Positions 35,301 through 48,824 of a stretch of DNA of 64,000 nt are shown piece after piece. The stretch lies in contig NW_003314326.1 in the NCBI RefSeq assembly GCF_000143415.4, forward strand, positions 620,001 to 684,000, given 5' to 3'. The stretch's first letter is position 1. The number at the start of each line of letters is the position of its first letter. Origin of the DNA: Selaginella moellendorffii. Lineage: Eukaryota > Plantae > Lycopodiophyta. A program made the translations under genes and the position numbers. The notes under the pieces were generated by a model. That model was not told the origin of the DNA. It ran no database searches and saw nothing but the letters and a program-made list of their open reading frames with translations.

Positions 35301-38300
35301 CTTAGATCTGTTGGAAGGAATTACAGCTCGTCTCTCCCACGTCACCATCTCCCACATCTTCCCCTACTGTTCATCGAGTCTGAATCAGGAAAAGTTCCCT
35401 AAACTCAAATTGGGTTCTGTTCCTGACTCTACGAAGTTTTCACCCTCTTCTTTTCCCTCTCTTCCATCTTACACTGGACAGTATCCTTGTCTCATCATTC
35501 CATTCAATTGTACACCTCCTCCTATCTCCACAATCACTATGAAATAACTCCTTCACGAAGAACTTGTTTTCCTTTTTGCTTTGCATGTTTTTCCTGTCAG
35601 TTTTTTTGAGAAGTATCATGATTTTGGGGATGTGTTTGACAAGAAAAAAGCTAGTGTACTGCCTGTTCATTGACCTTACAACTGTCCCATTGATTTACAG
35701 GAAGGAGCGTCACCTCTGTGGGGGTCTATCTATGGGTTATCCCCGTCCGAGCTTAAGGCCCTCAAAGAGTATGTGGACAAGAAACTTGCCTTGGGGTACA
35801 TTCAACATTCGCAGTCCCTAGTTAGAGCGCTTGTCTTCTTTGTCAAGAAGAAGGATGGGAGTTTGCAATTAGTCATCGACTATTGAGGTTTAAACAAGGT
35901 GACTGTTCGAAATCGTTATCTGCTACCCTTGATCTCGGACCTGTTGGAACACCTCGGCGGTGCCCGCTTCTTCACCAAGATCGACCTCCATGGAGCATAC
36001 ACCTTGATGACATCCTCATCTACTCAAAAACTCAGGAGGAGCACGACGAGCATGTGTGCAAGGTGCTGGCAAAGTTGCAAGAACACGGCTTATACGCGAA
36101 GTTTGAGAAATGTTTCTTCGATCAAGAGTCTGTGGAGTTCCTTGGGTACATTGTCACTCATGAGGGTATAACGATGGATCCTGCCAAAGTCAAGACTATT
36201 CTCGAATGGGAGCCTCCACAATCAATGTTGGACGTTTAGGTTTTCCTTGGCTTTGCCAACTTCTACCGCAAATTCATTGATCACTACTCCGACATTGTCC
36301 TTCCTCTCACGCATCTCGCTCACAAGAATGTTCCCTTCTCTTGGTTTGCTGCTGCCCAGTAGGCCTTTGACACACTCAAGTCGGCCTTCAATTTTGCTCC
36401 CGTCTTGATCCACGCTGATCCCTCACAACCTTTCTTCATCGAGGCGGATGCCTCTGACTTTGCTATCGGTGCTGTGCTGTCTCAACTCGGAGCAGATCAG
36501 GAATTTCATCTAGTTGCTTTCCATTCTCGGAAATTCCAGCCTGCGAAGATCAATTATGAAATCCACGACAAGGAGCTCCTTGCCATTGTGGATTCCTTTG
36601 GAGAGTGGTGTCGTTTCTTGGAGGGGGCGAGCTATCAAACAACGGTCTAGACGGATCACAAAAATTTCGAGTACTTTGCCACTTCCCGAGTTTTGAGCCG
36701 TCGTCAAGCAAGGTGGGCACAATTCTTGAGTTGGTTTGACTTTGTTATTAAGTACAAACTTGGAAAGCTTCAGGGCCTTCCTGATGCTCTTTCAAGGCGC
36801 TCCTATCTTAGTCTCAGGCCTGGTAATCCTGCCTTCGATCAACAGGATTAGGTTATCCTCGGTCTTGATCGGCTTCAAGTTATGGCAATTTCCCTGGCCC
36901 CTAGCCTGTGGCTTCAACAGCATTTTAGTCATGGTGGATCGCTTCACAAAGATGGTGCACTTCCTGCCGTGTACCAAAGAGTTTTCGGGCGAGGACATGG
37001 CAAAACTAGTATTTAGGGAAATTTTCTGACTTCATGGGATTCCTACAGATGTGGTTTTGGATCGGGGACCTCAGTTCATCTCTCATTTCTAGCAACAGTT
37101 TTTGCAGCTGCTTGGAGTGAAGGCCAACCTTTCTTCGGTGTATCATCCTCAAACTGATGGATAGTCCGAGCGAACGATTCAAACATTGGAACAATTCCTG
37201 AGGTGCTTCATCAACTATCATCAGGATGACTGGTTCGATATCCTTCCCCTTGCTGAGTTCTCCTATAACAACTCTGTTCACTCCTCCCTTCGAGTTTCCC
37301 CCTCCTTTGCAAACTCTAGCTGAAATCCTCGATTCAATATCTCACTTCCTTCTCCATCCAAATCCTCTTGTTCAAATCCCTGCTCTAAGGCATTTGTCTC
37401 CAACCTCTAGGAAATCCACATCTCCATCTCCTTCCACCTCCATCGTGCTTAAAAATCTCACAAAACATTTGCCAATGTCCATCATCAGGATTGTCCCCCT
37501 TACAATATCAGGGATAAAGTCTGGCTCCTCATGTGAAATATCTCCACCACTAGGCTATGTCCCAAATTTGATTTCAAATGCCTCGGTCCTTTCCCTATCA
37601 CTACCATCATTAATCCTGTCACTTATCACCTTGCACTTCCCTTCTCATATCAAATTCACCCCGGTTTTTCACTCCTCTCTCCTTGAGCCTTATATTCCTA
37701 GTCCTATTCCAAATCGGGTCATTCCTCCGCCTCCACCAGTGCAGCTTGAGGATGGGTCTGAGTACAAGGTTCAAGACATCCTTGATTCCAAGATCTCACG
37801 GTCTAAATTTTACTATCTGGTAGACTGGAAGGGTTACGGACCTGAGGAATGCACTTGGGAATCTGCAAACAACCTAATTCATTCTCCTGACCTTGTTCAG
37901 GACTTCCACTTTCGCTATCCTTCTCATTTTTCATTCTCCATCTCCCATCCCTCGCCGCCCATCTCATCCTCCTCTTCGTTCTTATTTACATCCTCATTCC
38001 ACTTGTTCTTGAGGAGGGGGTGTTGTCAGGAATCCCCCAATTCTTGCCACATTCCTAACTCTCACCAGATTCCTCACCCGCAGACCACATTTCTAACTCT
38101 CGAGACACTTCTCTATTCCTGACTCTTTGATTTCCTGTATAATTCCTAAGTCTCGAACCACATTCCTGATGATGACATGGTGCCTCCTCGACCTCAGCTA
38201 TATTTAGGCCGTCCTCGATCCAAAAGTGGTGGAGCTTCATCAACCTATAGTATATATAGGTTAGCCTTGTTCCATTTCTCTACAATCTGAATCAACGCCA

Positions 38301-38384
38301 GTCTAAGACTTCTTCTTCGTTTCCACTAATTTTTCTTTTTGTCTTCTACATTTTTTAGTCTTGATCTTGTTGGGGGTCTTGACA
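32321..38384 (+). mobile_element. Degenerate Ty3/gypsy chromovirus (Tcn1/Tf1-like)
   Basis: LTRs at 32321-32674 and 38024-38384, PPT gaggaggggg at 38011-38020, approximate TSD ctttc/cttcc. Remnants of RT (LDDILIYS), RNase H (DASDFAIGAVLSQ, EIHDKELLAIV), integrase (VDRFTKMVHF) and a chromodomain (EYKVQDILDS..YYLVDWKGYGPEECTWE). Many stop codons. Confidence 0.92.
32831..33980 (+). mobile_element. Solo LTR inserted in gag of the chromovirus; same family as the LTRs at 41568 and 47690, opposite orientation
   Basis: TG...CA ends, perfect 5-bp TSD GAGAA (32826-32830 and 33981-33985), and reverse-complement similarity to 41568-42715. Confidence 0.92.
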
Positions 38385-39079
38385 CTTCCTAAGTGTTGCT
38401 TGATCTTGGCCACTTCATATAGGTGGGCCTTGTTTTTCCACCTTAGGTGAATTTTTTCCTACACTATTTACAATAGTACCTTGGCTGGCTAATATTGTCA
38501 TTGTTGAAGTAGTCTAAGTTGCCACACTCATTGTGATTGCATTTTGTACAAGTCAAGTGCTACTATTTTAGATACATCTTTAACTCGTCCACACTTCTAA
38601 ATTGGAGGTCATTCTACTGGGAGGATAAGGACCCAAAGAGTGGGTAATTCTGGAGAAGATGGACCTTCTTGTATACTTTGTTGCTCTTTTTTGGCATGGG
38701 GAAATACTCACCACTCAAAGTGTGAAACACCCTTTGCAAGGCATGAACCACCCTTTGTGATACATGATCCATAAGTGTATGTACCTCTTCACATGAGAGA
38801 ATTTCCACTTAGTGGATATTTTCCATGTAAGCAAAATTATATAACTACTCAAGTAAAAGTCATGGCTCAATTTCTGCCCATATTTAGAATGCATATATCA
38901 CCTCGTAAGCTAATCAAACTTTTGCCAAACAAAGCAATTGATAATCTTCACACTATAAATGTGGAATATAGAGTTGTAAAGTTTGTTGCTAGGTATAAGC
39001 ATCAATATTGGAGACACTACTACCATCACTTTGATCTCTATTTAAAAAGGTAAAATAATCTTAGAACTAATGGTGCTAA

Positions 39080-39580
39080 ATTGTGAATTTAGACGCAGGA
39101 CAAACACCATTATGTTTAGGAAAATCTCTATATTCTATAAATATGCCAAATGAGCAAATCTAGACACTTTCTATAAATAACATTTATAACCGGAATGAGA
39201 CTAACACAAAGGATATGATAGTGAGGGTATTTGGCAGACATGGTAAGTTATCATCTAGCAAATATTGAGGGACCAAACTCAACACTAGCAAGTGCAAGTC
39301 AACATCATGAGTTTCTCGTCACCGTGTCAAGTATATTTAACTAAATGACAACTTAGGATTTCCTTCCTTATTGCCCTTCTAGCATAAATGCTCATATGAT
39401 GACTAGTTTCTCAACTAACTTAAGCAGAGATTAATAATAGGTCTAGCAATATTGACCTCTTACCGTCATGGTAGTAAGGAAAAAATATCCAAAAGGACTA
39501 GCCGACATATAACTTTCAATACCCGAAGTCACATTCACGACACTCTCCCCCTTAGAGAAGATTAACATCCCCGTTCATGC
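39080..39580 (-). mobile_element. Degraded LTR fragment plus PPT of the 41568-48824 family
   Basis: atatgccaaatgagcaaatc...cccgaagtcacattcacgacactctccccctt resembles 42300-42730. Smaller pieces also occur at about 52940-53180. Confidence 0.75.
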
Positions 39581-39908
39581 ATACTCGAGTGCAAGAGGTT
39601 TTAAAAGTATAATAGGGAGAGTGTGGGGGTTGGACCCTAATGGAGCCAGTTTGGGTAGGAAAGGCTAGTGTGACCTAGGAAGGCTATGCCCACGTGTTGG
39701 GTGATGATATATCCACTGAGGAGTCCAAAGCTAGAGTGAATATGGACTAACAAGTGGGGTAGCTTGGTGAAGTGTTCAAGAGCTAACTCTAGTTCCCTTG
39801 GGAGATCGAATGGTTGATGTTCCCAATCCAAGTGTGGGTGGCATTACCTATTTGGATACTTGGCATGGCTCAACGGAACCTCACTCTAGCCCCATGGCTA
39901 GAGCACTC

Positions 39909-40475
39909 TATAAGCAACTAAAGAGAATGACTTGAGATACAATCTATGGGGTTCAAATATAAAAGGAAAAGACCTATGAATAATAGTGCACCCCCTTTTT
40001 AAATTGGTTAAGGGTCTTGGGATATTTGGGGTTAAACATCCTTGGGTTTAAAGACTTCCCGAGAAGTCTAAATTCATGAGCTTATATTTGGTATTAGAGT
40101 GGTCTTAGGTCCAACTCTATTGGTTGGCTTAGGGGAATTGCACCATATGTTGATTGACATCTAGCAGATCTAACTTGCTTCGGCTGGGCTTAACGTGAAG
40201 GGTAGGTTGTCAAGAGAGTGGGGCTCTCGGGAGAGTTGCGGCTCTCAACTTTTGTTCATGAGAGCATGAACTTGCAAGGAAATATGGTGGATTGTAAATA
40301 ACCAAAGAAAACAACTTGAGAGATGATTTATAAGGTTCAAATATAAAGGGAAAGAGCCTATGAATAAAAGTGCAAAACCTTTTTCAATTGGTTAAGGGTC
40401 TTGGGATAGTGTTCTTAGGTTTAAATAGTACTGGGTTAGGTGACCTCTTAGGAAGTTTAAAATCATAAGCTTATA
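39909..40475 (+). mobile_element. TRIM with 5S-rRNA-like LTR segment (Cassandra-like), 567 bp
   Basis: Direct repeats at 39909-40086 and 40293-40475, PBS-like tggtattagag at 40089, and TSD cactc/caccc. It is absent from the homologous LTR at about 60490. 5S-like ggttaagggtcttggg...tagtactgggttaggtgacctcttaggaagt at 40390-40456. Confidence 0.7.
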
Positions 40476-41567
40476 CACCCAAAGGTAAAAGGTGGGAAGA
40501 GTACCCATAAGGCTTGCATAGGGCCATAAAATTTTGAAATGTTGTCCCAAAGCCTGGACTGTGGAAAGGAAGAGGAGCAGTCCTCTGGTGTAGTGACCAA
40601 GGATGCAGTCACATGGTGAAAAAGTTCCAAAGGATAGTGAGACTTAGTGGTCAGGCCTGTGGGCCTTGACCTAGTGGCAGTGTTGGCAGACACGACTATG
40701 GACAGAAAGGGATTTGGTGGGGACCAAAAAAGGGATATTGGGGAAGGTTATTCCCCATGTTTGTGGGCATCCTAAGGATGCTAAAGAGTGGATTTAGGAT
40801 GATCACTCATGGATGGATGGTCTAGTTTTGGAGAGACAGGATTATGATGTAGGTGGTGTTGGATTATCATATGACAAAAGTGAATAGGCATAGCTTTAGT
40901 GTAACGGGCTAATATGTTAGTAGTACCTTTGGGTATCAGTCATGGGATTAAACATGTGAAGCACTTGGACTAAGTGCAAAGGTTGAGTGGCATGGTTGCC
41001 ATTTTTGGGGCTAACAAGCCCTAAGTCTGGAATAGGATTTATGGAGGTTGTGAGTAAGTATAGTTAAGTGACTAAAGTAGAATAGAAAATTTAATCACTT
41101 ACAATTTGGTATTGGAATTTGTAGGCAATATGGTAAATAGAAAAGGGCCAATAAAAGAACAACTTTGGGATCTTAGAAATAGTATAAAGTTTTCTTTAAA
41201 GAGTTGAGGATGTGATCTAGATGAACATTTAACTTAGCAAATTGGCTAATGTAGTTGTGGTAAATAATTAAAGTTGGGATCACGAGAAAGATAGAGACTC
41301 CAAAACAATAAAGGAGTCATAAGATTATCCTTATATAATTGAGGCTAGTGTTCATGAATTTGAGACTAAAATTAATGACTATGGGAGGTCAAATATAGAT
41401 AAGGACACGAGTCCTTGAAATGGTAGCTGGGGCTACTTTTTATAAATGCTAGAATAACCCAAGGAGTTAGGGGTGTATTTAGAGGATGAGTTGGTATTCT
41501 CATTATATGAACAGATAGTCCTAAGGGGCAAAAATAACCCATAGGAAACGGAAAATAATCAAGTGTC

Positions 41568-44500
41568 TGTAGCGCACGTGGTTTTGACCCTTTATCCTAT
41601 GGTGATTTACCATAGGATAACACCACGAAGCGGAACCTAAACCCTCTTTGTGCCACGTGACAGATGCCACGTGTCACATGCCACGTGTCCATGCCACGTG
41701 TCCATAAGAACCCGAGGTTTAGGGCCTTGGGCCACTGAACAAAGGAACGGTGCCAAACTCCCAAACATGGAGCCAAGGAGTGACGGAACCGAACCACGGA
41801 GCAACTCCCGAGCATAAAGCCCAAGGAGCGAAGGGATAGGAGCCCGGAGCGACTTGGAACAGTCCTGGAGCAACCAGCATCCCAATGCCAGGACCAGCAC
41901 GCAAAACGGAGCCAAACGGGGTCTGGCGTTATTTCGGCATACCGGTGGCCTAACGTGAGGATATGGGTACTCCACCAACTAGCATGGAATGGAACTTGGG
42001 CTTAGACCCAAGCCGGACGCAAAACAAGCACAGGCACGCAAGCGGGAGCTAGACTATGCCTCAGGTTGGTCGGCCATGCCCGACCTACCCACTATCCCTA
42101 CTATACATTTGGAACCCCCCATAGCCCCCCCCCCCTTGAGGAACACACGCTTTGGGCTTTCACCCCAAGCCTCCCTTAGTATCAGGAGTTAGTCTCTGGG
42201 ACAAGCTCGAAACTTACTAAATATGGAATGTCCCTAGATTGCGAATTTGGACACGGGACGAACACCATTGTGTTCAGGACAATCTCTACATTCCGTAGAT
42301 ATGCCAAATGAGCAAATCTGGACACTTTCCACAAATAGCATTTGGGACCGAAATGAGACTAACACAAAAGGCATGATAGCGAGGGTGTTTGGCAGACACG
42401 GTAAGCTATCATGTAGCGATATTGAGGGACCAATCTCAATACGCGAGGGTTCTTGTCAAGCCAGTGCAAGACAGAGCAAAAGAGAACTAACAAGCCGGGC
42501 CAAGTATGCTCAGCTAAATAGACACTTAGGAATTCCTTCCTTATGCTCATCCGGCCAAGTACAGATGCAAAGTCCAGTTTACTAACACTTGAACAAGAGG
42601 GGCTAATAAAGGGAACCAGCAATACCGACCTCCTGCCATCGTGGCAGTAAGGTAAGAATGTCCATAAGGACTAGTCGACAGGTAACTTTCGATACCTGAA
42701 GTCACATGCGCGACACTCTCCCCCCCTTGGGAAGATCGACGTCCTCGTCGATGCATACTCGAGTCTAGAATACCGCCAAGGAAACAACTCCAGAAAAAGT
42801 TCACGGTACTCACACTATGTGAGAAATGCACCAACTTAAATGAGTTAGGGGGCAACCTCTTTGTCTAACGCGGATGCGCTACCAGCTCAGACACCTTCCG
42901 GCCGTCGCCGACAAGGAAATAACCAACGGAGTCAGCCACCCCTGCTGCTCTGGGAGTCACCCAGCTTACAAAAGTGTGATATGCCCTGCCCGCAGAGACA
43001 TAGAGAGAGAAGCTAGAGGCCCCAACCCTCCTGAGCAAAGAAACCAAACCCGTCGGTAAGGTTTAGATAGACTACTGTAAACAGGCAGTTAGAGTTGTTT
43101 ACACGGTCACGCCCTTTCAACGAAATAAGGAACATCGACAGAGAGGCGGGTTATGTGACCAGTCGACAGTAGCTACCCCATGACTAGAGATTTCAACATG
43201 CACACAAAGTGCCGAAGCCAGTCTACCTATACTGGCCCAAACTCAAAGATCAATAGATGGACAATATCAAAGTCATAAACAATGATATCTTAGAGTCTTA
43301 ATTATCAGTGAGTATATCTTATATTAGAACACAAAAGTATTCCAAGTAAGTTATCATCCGATAAACTAGTATTATAGTATAGGAACCACCAAGATCATCA
43401 TAATTGGGAAACATAGGAATCACCATCTAACAAAACTCAATAGCAAGCGCATCATTGAGAAAACTCAATGACAAAACTTAACTACTGAAGATGGCAGATA
43501 GTATGCTAAACAACTTACGAAAGATAACTCAAAGAACACAAAGTATCATTGACTAATAAGCAAAATGCTCGCAAATGTATTACCCAAAGGAAATAACATT
43601 CAAATCTATCAAAACTAACTCGAGCAACAATCAACAGAAGAGAATGAATGCGGTAAGACCAACAAACACTCATTCCTGCCAACTATCACAAAAGCCAATC
43701 TAAACAGATCCCAACCAACAATACCAAGGAACTCAAGTTGCCTAAGCAAGTGTTAGCAACATCCTATTGATGTCTCAAACCCAAGAGACCAATCCAGAGC
43801 AAATCACAAAGAACATGTGATATTGCAAAAAGCCACAAGCCATCAAAGAAAACAACTAACTATCACGAAAGATCATCAATCATCCCATCAATAAAGAGAT
43901 GCATAATCATTGTCTAAGAAAGAATCCACTATCTCAAAGAGCAGCGAATCATTTTATATCAACAACAACCAAGCAAAACCCTTGACAAGGATAATCAACT
44001 ATCTTAGATGATAATTAATCATCACCAATGATTGCCAGATGCAAATACTAACTTCATCGAAGCTAACAAGCCAAAATGCCCTCCCCAACAACTTCTAACA
44101 AATGGAACAACGAGCATAAAGCTCAAAGAACCAAAAGCTCGAAGAAGTCTATAGCTAAATCTTTCCTAACAATGATCACAAGTTTCGCATGAACTAACTT
44201 CAATGCTAAAGAAGAAATTATAGTTCAACCCACAATATCCTCCTCAACACATCCATAAGCTAAACTTCATAATGCCAAGCTAATGAAGAGCATGTCTGCA
44301 TCAATCCAAAAGCTAAGCATAACGAAGCTATGCTGGACAAGTGATCACCAAACGATCCTCCATGAATCCATCCATAGCAAGACGTAACTCACTTCATAAC
44401 AAGCACAAAAAGAATCATCAATGATCAATATATTTCAACTAAAATCCCATAAGGATTTAAATATTCCAATATCGATCACTAACTCTCCCATTTGTAGAGT

Positions 44501-47500
44501 TAGCATAGTCCATGACTAAATCACTTTTCAAGGAAAAGCCAAAGCTCAACCCCTACTAAATAACCTCGTCTAGAACACAACTAATTCAAACTTGCCATTC
44601 CGCTTGTTTGAACGTCAACACAGTTGCTAACTAGCAAATGCACGAATGCCAATAACACAAAGCCATAGCCAAATCATTAACACTATTTTCATCGAGACTA
44701 ATGAAACGCAATATCAATCCTAAGGATAGACATTTCATCTCACTTGAATCTCAACGTTAATAATATCAATGACAAGGCATCACCTCAATGCCATCAACAT
44801 CAGAACAAAGCTAAAAGAAAGCAAGAGTGAATCACCACTCAAAACTCTCTTGCAACCAAGCTAACCAAAGTCGAAGATACTTTAGTCAGTATCCGAGACT
44901 AGTTCTTCAACATTACTCAGGTACAGATAACACTTCCTCAAGGAGTGCATCACCACATCCAAGACTCAATGAAATCCAACACTATGAACTAAACGCAACC
45001 AAATAATACCAACAGAGGTAGAGTCGACATGCCAACATAGAAAACCCATGTAAGTCAAATGACACGATCCTCCGCAATACCATCCGGTAAAGTAAACCCA
45101 TCACTGCTAAATCTTCATCAAGCGAAGCAAGTGTCCAAAGCCCTTGACAAAGTCTACAAGCAATCACTAGTTGCAAAGCAACCAACAATCACTTGTCTTG
45201 CTTTTCACAAGACCCAAACACTAACTCATGCCATTGAGTTACACACTTGTCCAACATGAACGTAATACCCCAAATATAAGATAAAGGTTCATGGACAAGC
45301 ACAAACTAAATGACCACTCGAATCCAACTCAACCGCGATAAGCTCACCAATGCATTTAGCCACTAGCTCTGAGCATGCCTTGAAGAGGCTAGCTATGCAT
45401 GACCAACACTTAGCCGAAACTAAAGTGAAGACCATGAGATGGACTCATATTGGTACACAACCTCCTCATAGACAAAGCTACAGTATGGGTACCAACATCT
45501 CAAACTCAAACAACTAAGTTGAACATCACCATCCTCAGCCAAGGCACAGGGCCACCAAGACCAAGTCAAGATCAGTGAGAGTTCACTACTCTCATAGAGT
45601 CTAACAAAATGCAAAGTGCAACCTGCCACCAAGCATAACGCTACAAAAGAAAGGCACAAGGGTCACCTTTATAGAAAAGTGCAACAGCCACTTTTCTACA
45701 CTAACTCCAGACTCTATCCAACTCAATTGCCTTAGCCCCAAAAGTCAGCATCCCTTTCAGGCCGCATCATACAAACTACATACTAAGGTTTAAGCCAACC
45801 GAAGTCAACTCCAACCCCTTCACTAGTTTGTACTGGCTTACGAAAACGGAATGGTTTTCGGACAAAGTGATAACAGATCAGCTATTAGAAAAGTCTAAGA
45901 AAATTTGTGGAAAATTTCCATCCTAGAAAAAGAATGACTCTCAGTCCAGGAATACAAACTTTCAAGACTCAACCAACTTCCTCCTACTAACAACTTCACA
46001 TAGGTTCACCTCAACACAAATGCTCATGACCCATAGTATGCTTAAGCCTCGAACATCTTTTTGCCCATTCTTTCGACATCCAACACTGATATCCGTAAAA
46101 ATGCAAATGGAATATCCAAGGCTTGATCACGAAGACCACATCTTCGGATATCCACATTGCACTAACACTGTTCTTCAATCACTTTCAAGATCCAATGTGA
46201 AGCTAAAACACTAACAAGAAAAAATGACATGGAAAATCAAGCTCTAAGGAAAATTCCTCATTACTCGAAGTAACAATGCCACTTCCACTAACACAAGTGC
46301 TAGTGATGTCAATGCCCCAACTACACACCTTCTCCATCCAACAATCTACTCCAAGTGCTAACGGATCAACTAATGAGCTATAACAAATGCTACAACCCTT
46401 TCCAACACCACAATGGGCAAACTTAAGGAACTAAGGAACCAACTTAAGCTTAGCATAATGGACCACCATTAAGAATCTAGTCAAAGCTACTACAATGCTA
46501 CTTCGTGCAAGTAGACTTAGCTTCACCATCAACCACTTTGGGGTTGATCATCATTTAACCAAGCAACTTCGTAAACACATTGCTCATTATCACATGGATA
46601 TGATATAAATCACAATGACTTGATCATCAATCAAGCAACACTATGAGCAATGCCCATGTCAGTACTGCAAAGGTTTATGTGAATATCAAGTGTCAACTCA
46701 ATTCGATAAAATGCAACATAAATGCCACACCCCACCAATAGAGATTTATAACACTTAATACCACTAACTTTTGTTCACAACATGGACATACTCATGCCAC
46801 TCTCTATCCGACCAAACTCAACACTAATCCAACACCAAGCTACTCAAGGAGCAATAGCAAGGTTCCCCAGAAAAGAATTAAGCATTGTAACCCAAGTCTT
46901 CCAATAGTGAGCCTAGACACAATGGTTTAGCGTTTCACCACTATCTATCCCATAACTCACCACTTGTAAGACCATCATATTCATCATGCATCAAAATAGG
47001 GATTCTTGATTGCATAATGTGAATACGAGCAATGAGTTAACACCTCGTTGCAAATCATCTCTCCAAGAAGAAAAGATGATTTACGTGTTTGATCCTCCGT
47101 CCCTGACTACTCTCTTTTCGGTCTCATCTTTGACTAAACCTCAAGCTTGCTTTCGCACTACCTTCAGTCCAATCCGAGAAAAGTTTATGAGAGAGCACGG
47201 CAATGACTACCTGAACTAATAGACTAATCCCTACAGTCTTGATTAATCCACTTGTAATCATGCCTTGGAAGGATCCACTAGTGCCGTGCTAAACAGCTAC
47301 GGACCAGCCTATTTGCCACTCATAGCAAACTCAGGGAAAGTTTGCTTTCACCCACGGTACATGGAACAACTCATGGAACCACCGATAGGCTAACATTAAT
47401 CCTGCCAACTCAAAGCATATCCTCGAGTTGCTAATGCGCCTCACTCACGAGTCCAAGCGTAAACTCGTGCTAACGGAGCATCTCAAATCCATCCTATGAG

Positions 47501-48824
47501 CCCAAGAGCAAGCTCACATTATTAGGTACAAAAGGTAACCAAAACCATACCCAAGAACGAATGTGAACCCTTTGCACCAAACATGTACCCACTCGGATTA
47601 TCGTTTTCATCTCTGCGTATGCAACGAGACTAGTTGCCCAATCTCATTGAATAGTACTCACTGAGACTCAACCTGTCTCTGATACCAAATGTAGCGCACG
47701 TGGTTTTGACCCTTTATCCTATGGTGATTTACCATAGGATAACACCACGAAGCGGAACCTAAACCCTCTTTGTGCCACGTGACAGATGCCACATGTCACA
47801 TGCCACGTGTCCATAAGAACCCGAGGTTCAGGGCCTTGGGCCACTGAACAAAGGAACGGTGCCAAACTCCCAAACATGGAGCCAAGGAGTGACGGAACCG
47901 AACCACGGAGCAACTCCCGAGCATAAAGCCCAAGGAGCGAAGGGACAGGAGCCCGGAGCGACTTGGAACAGTCCTGGAGCAACCAGCATCCCAATGCCAG
48001 GACCAGCACGCAAAACGGAGCCAAACGGGGTCTGGTGTTATTTCGGCATACCGGTGGCCTAACGTGAGGATATGGGTACTCCACCAACTAGCATGGAATG
48101 GAACTTGGGCTTAGACCCAAGCCGGACGCAGAACAAGGACAGGCACGCAAGCGGGAGCTAGACTATGCCTTAGGTTGGTCGGCCATGCCCGACCTACCCA
48201 CTATCCCTACTATACATTTGGAACCCCCTATAGCCCCCCCCCCCTTGAGGAACACACGCTTTGGGCTTTCACCCCAAGCCTCCCTTAGTATCAGGAGTTA
48301 GTCTCTGGGACAAACTCGAAACTTACTAAATATGGAATGTCCCTAGATTGCGAATTTGGACACGGGACGAACACCATTGTGTTCAGGACAATCTCTACGT
48401 TCCGTAGATATGCCAAATGAGCAAATCTGGACACTTTCCACAAATAGCATTTGGGACCGAAATGAGACTAACACAAAAGGCATGATAGCGAGGGTGTTTG
48501 GCAGACACGGTAAGCTATCATGTAGCGATATTGAGGGACCAATCTCAATACGCGAGGGTTCTTGTCAAGCCAGTGCAAGACAGAGCAAAAGAGAACTAAC
48601 AAGCCGGGCCAAGTATGCTCAGCTAAATAGACACTTAGGAATTCCTTCCTTATGCTCATCCGGCCAAGTACAGATGCAAAGTCCAGTTTACTAACACTTG
48701 AACAAGAGGGGCTAATAAAGGGAACCAGCAATACCGACCTCCTGCCATCGTGGCAGTAAGGTAAGAATGTCCATAAGGACTAGTCGACAGGTAACTTTCG
48801 ATACCCGAAGTCACATGCGCGACA
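41568..48824 (-). mobile_element. Young non-autonomous (LARD-like) LTR retrotransposon
   Basis: Near-identical LTRs at 41568-42715 and 47690-48824, TSD GTGTC, tRNA-iMet PBS (TGGTATCAGAG, reverse complement at 47677-47687), and a PPT next to 42716. The roughly 5-kb interior has no gag/pol ORF. Confidence 0.92.
41652..41703. promoter_or_regulatory. Cluster of four G-box/ABRE motifs in the LTR
   Basis: gccacgtgacagatgccacgtgtcacatgccacgtgtccatgccacgtgtcc. The partner LTR (about 47773-47812) retains two intact CACGTG motifs. Function is untested. Confidence 0.5.

Noticed and set aside
41597-42855. ORFs repeated identically at 47719-48892
   Set aside because: They repeat only because they lie in the two LTRs; no protein motifs.
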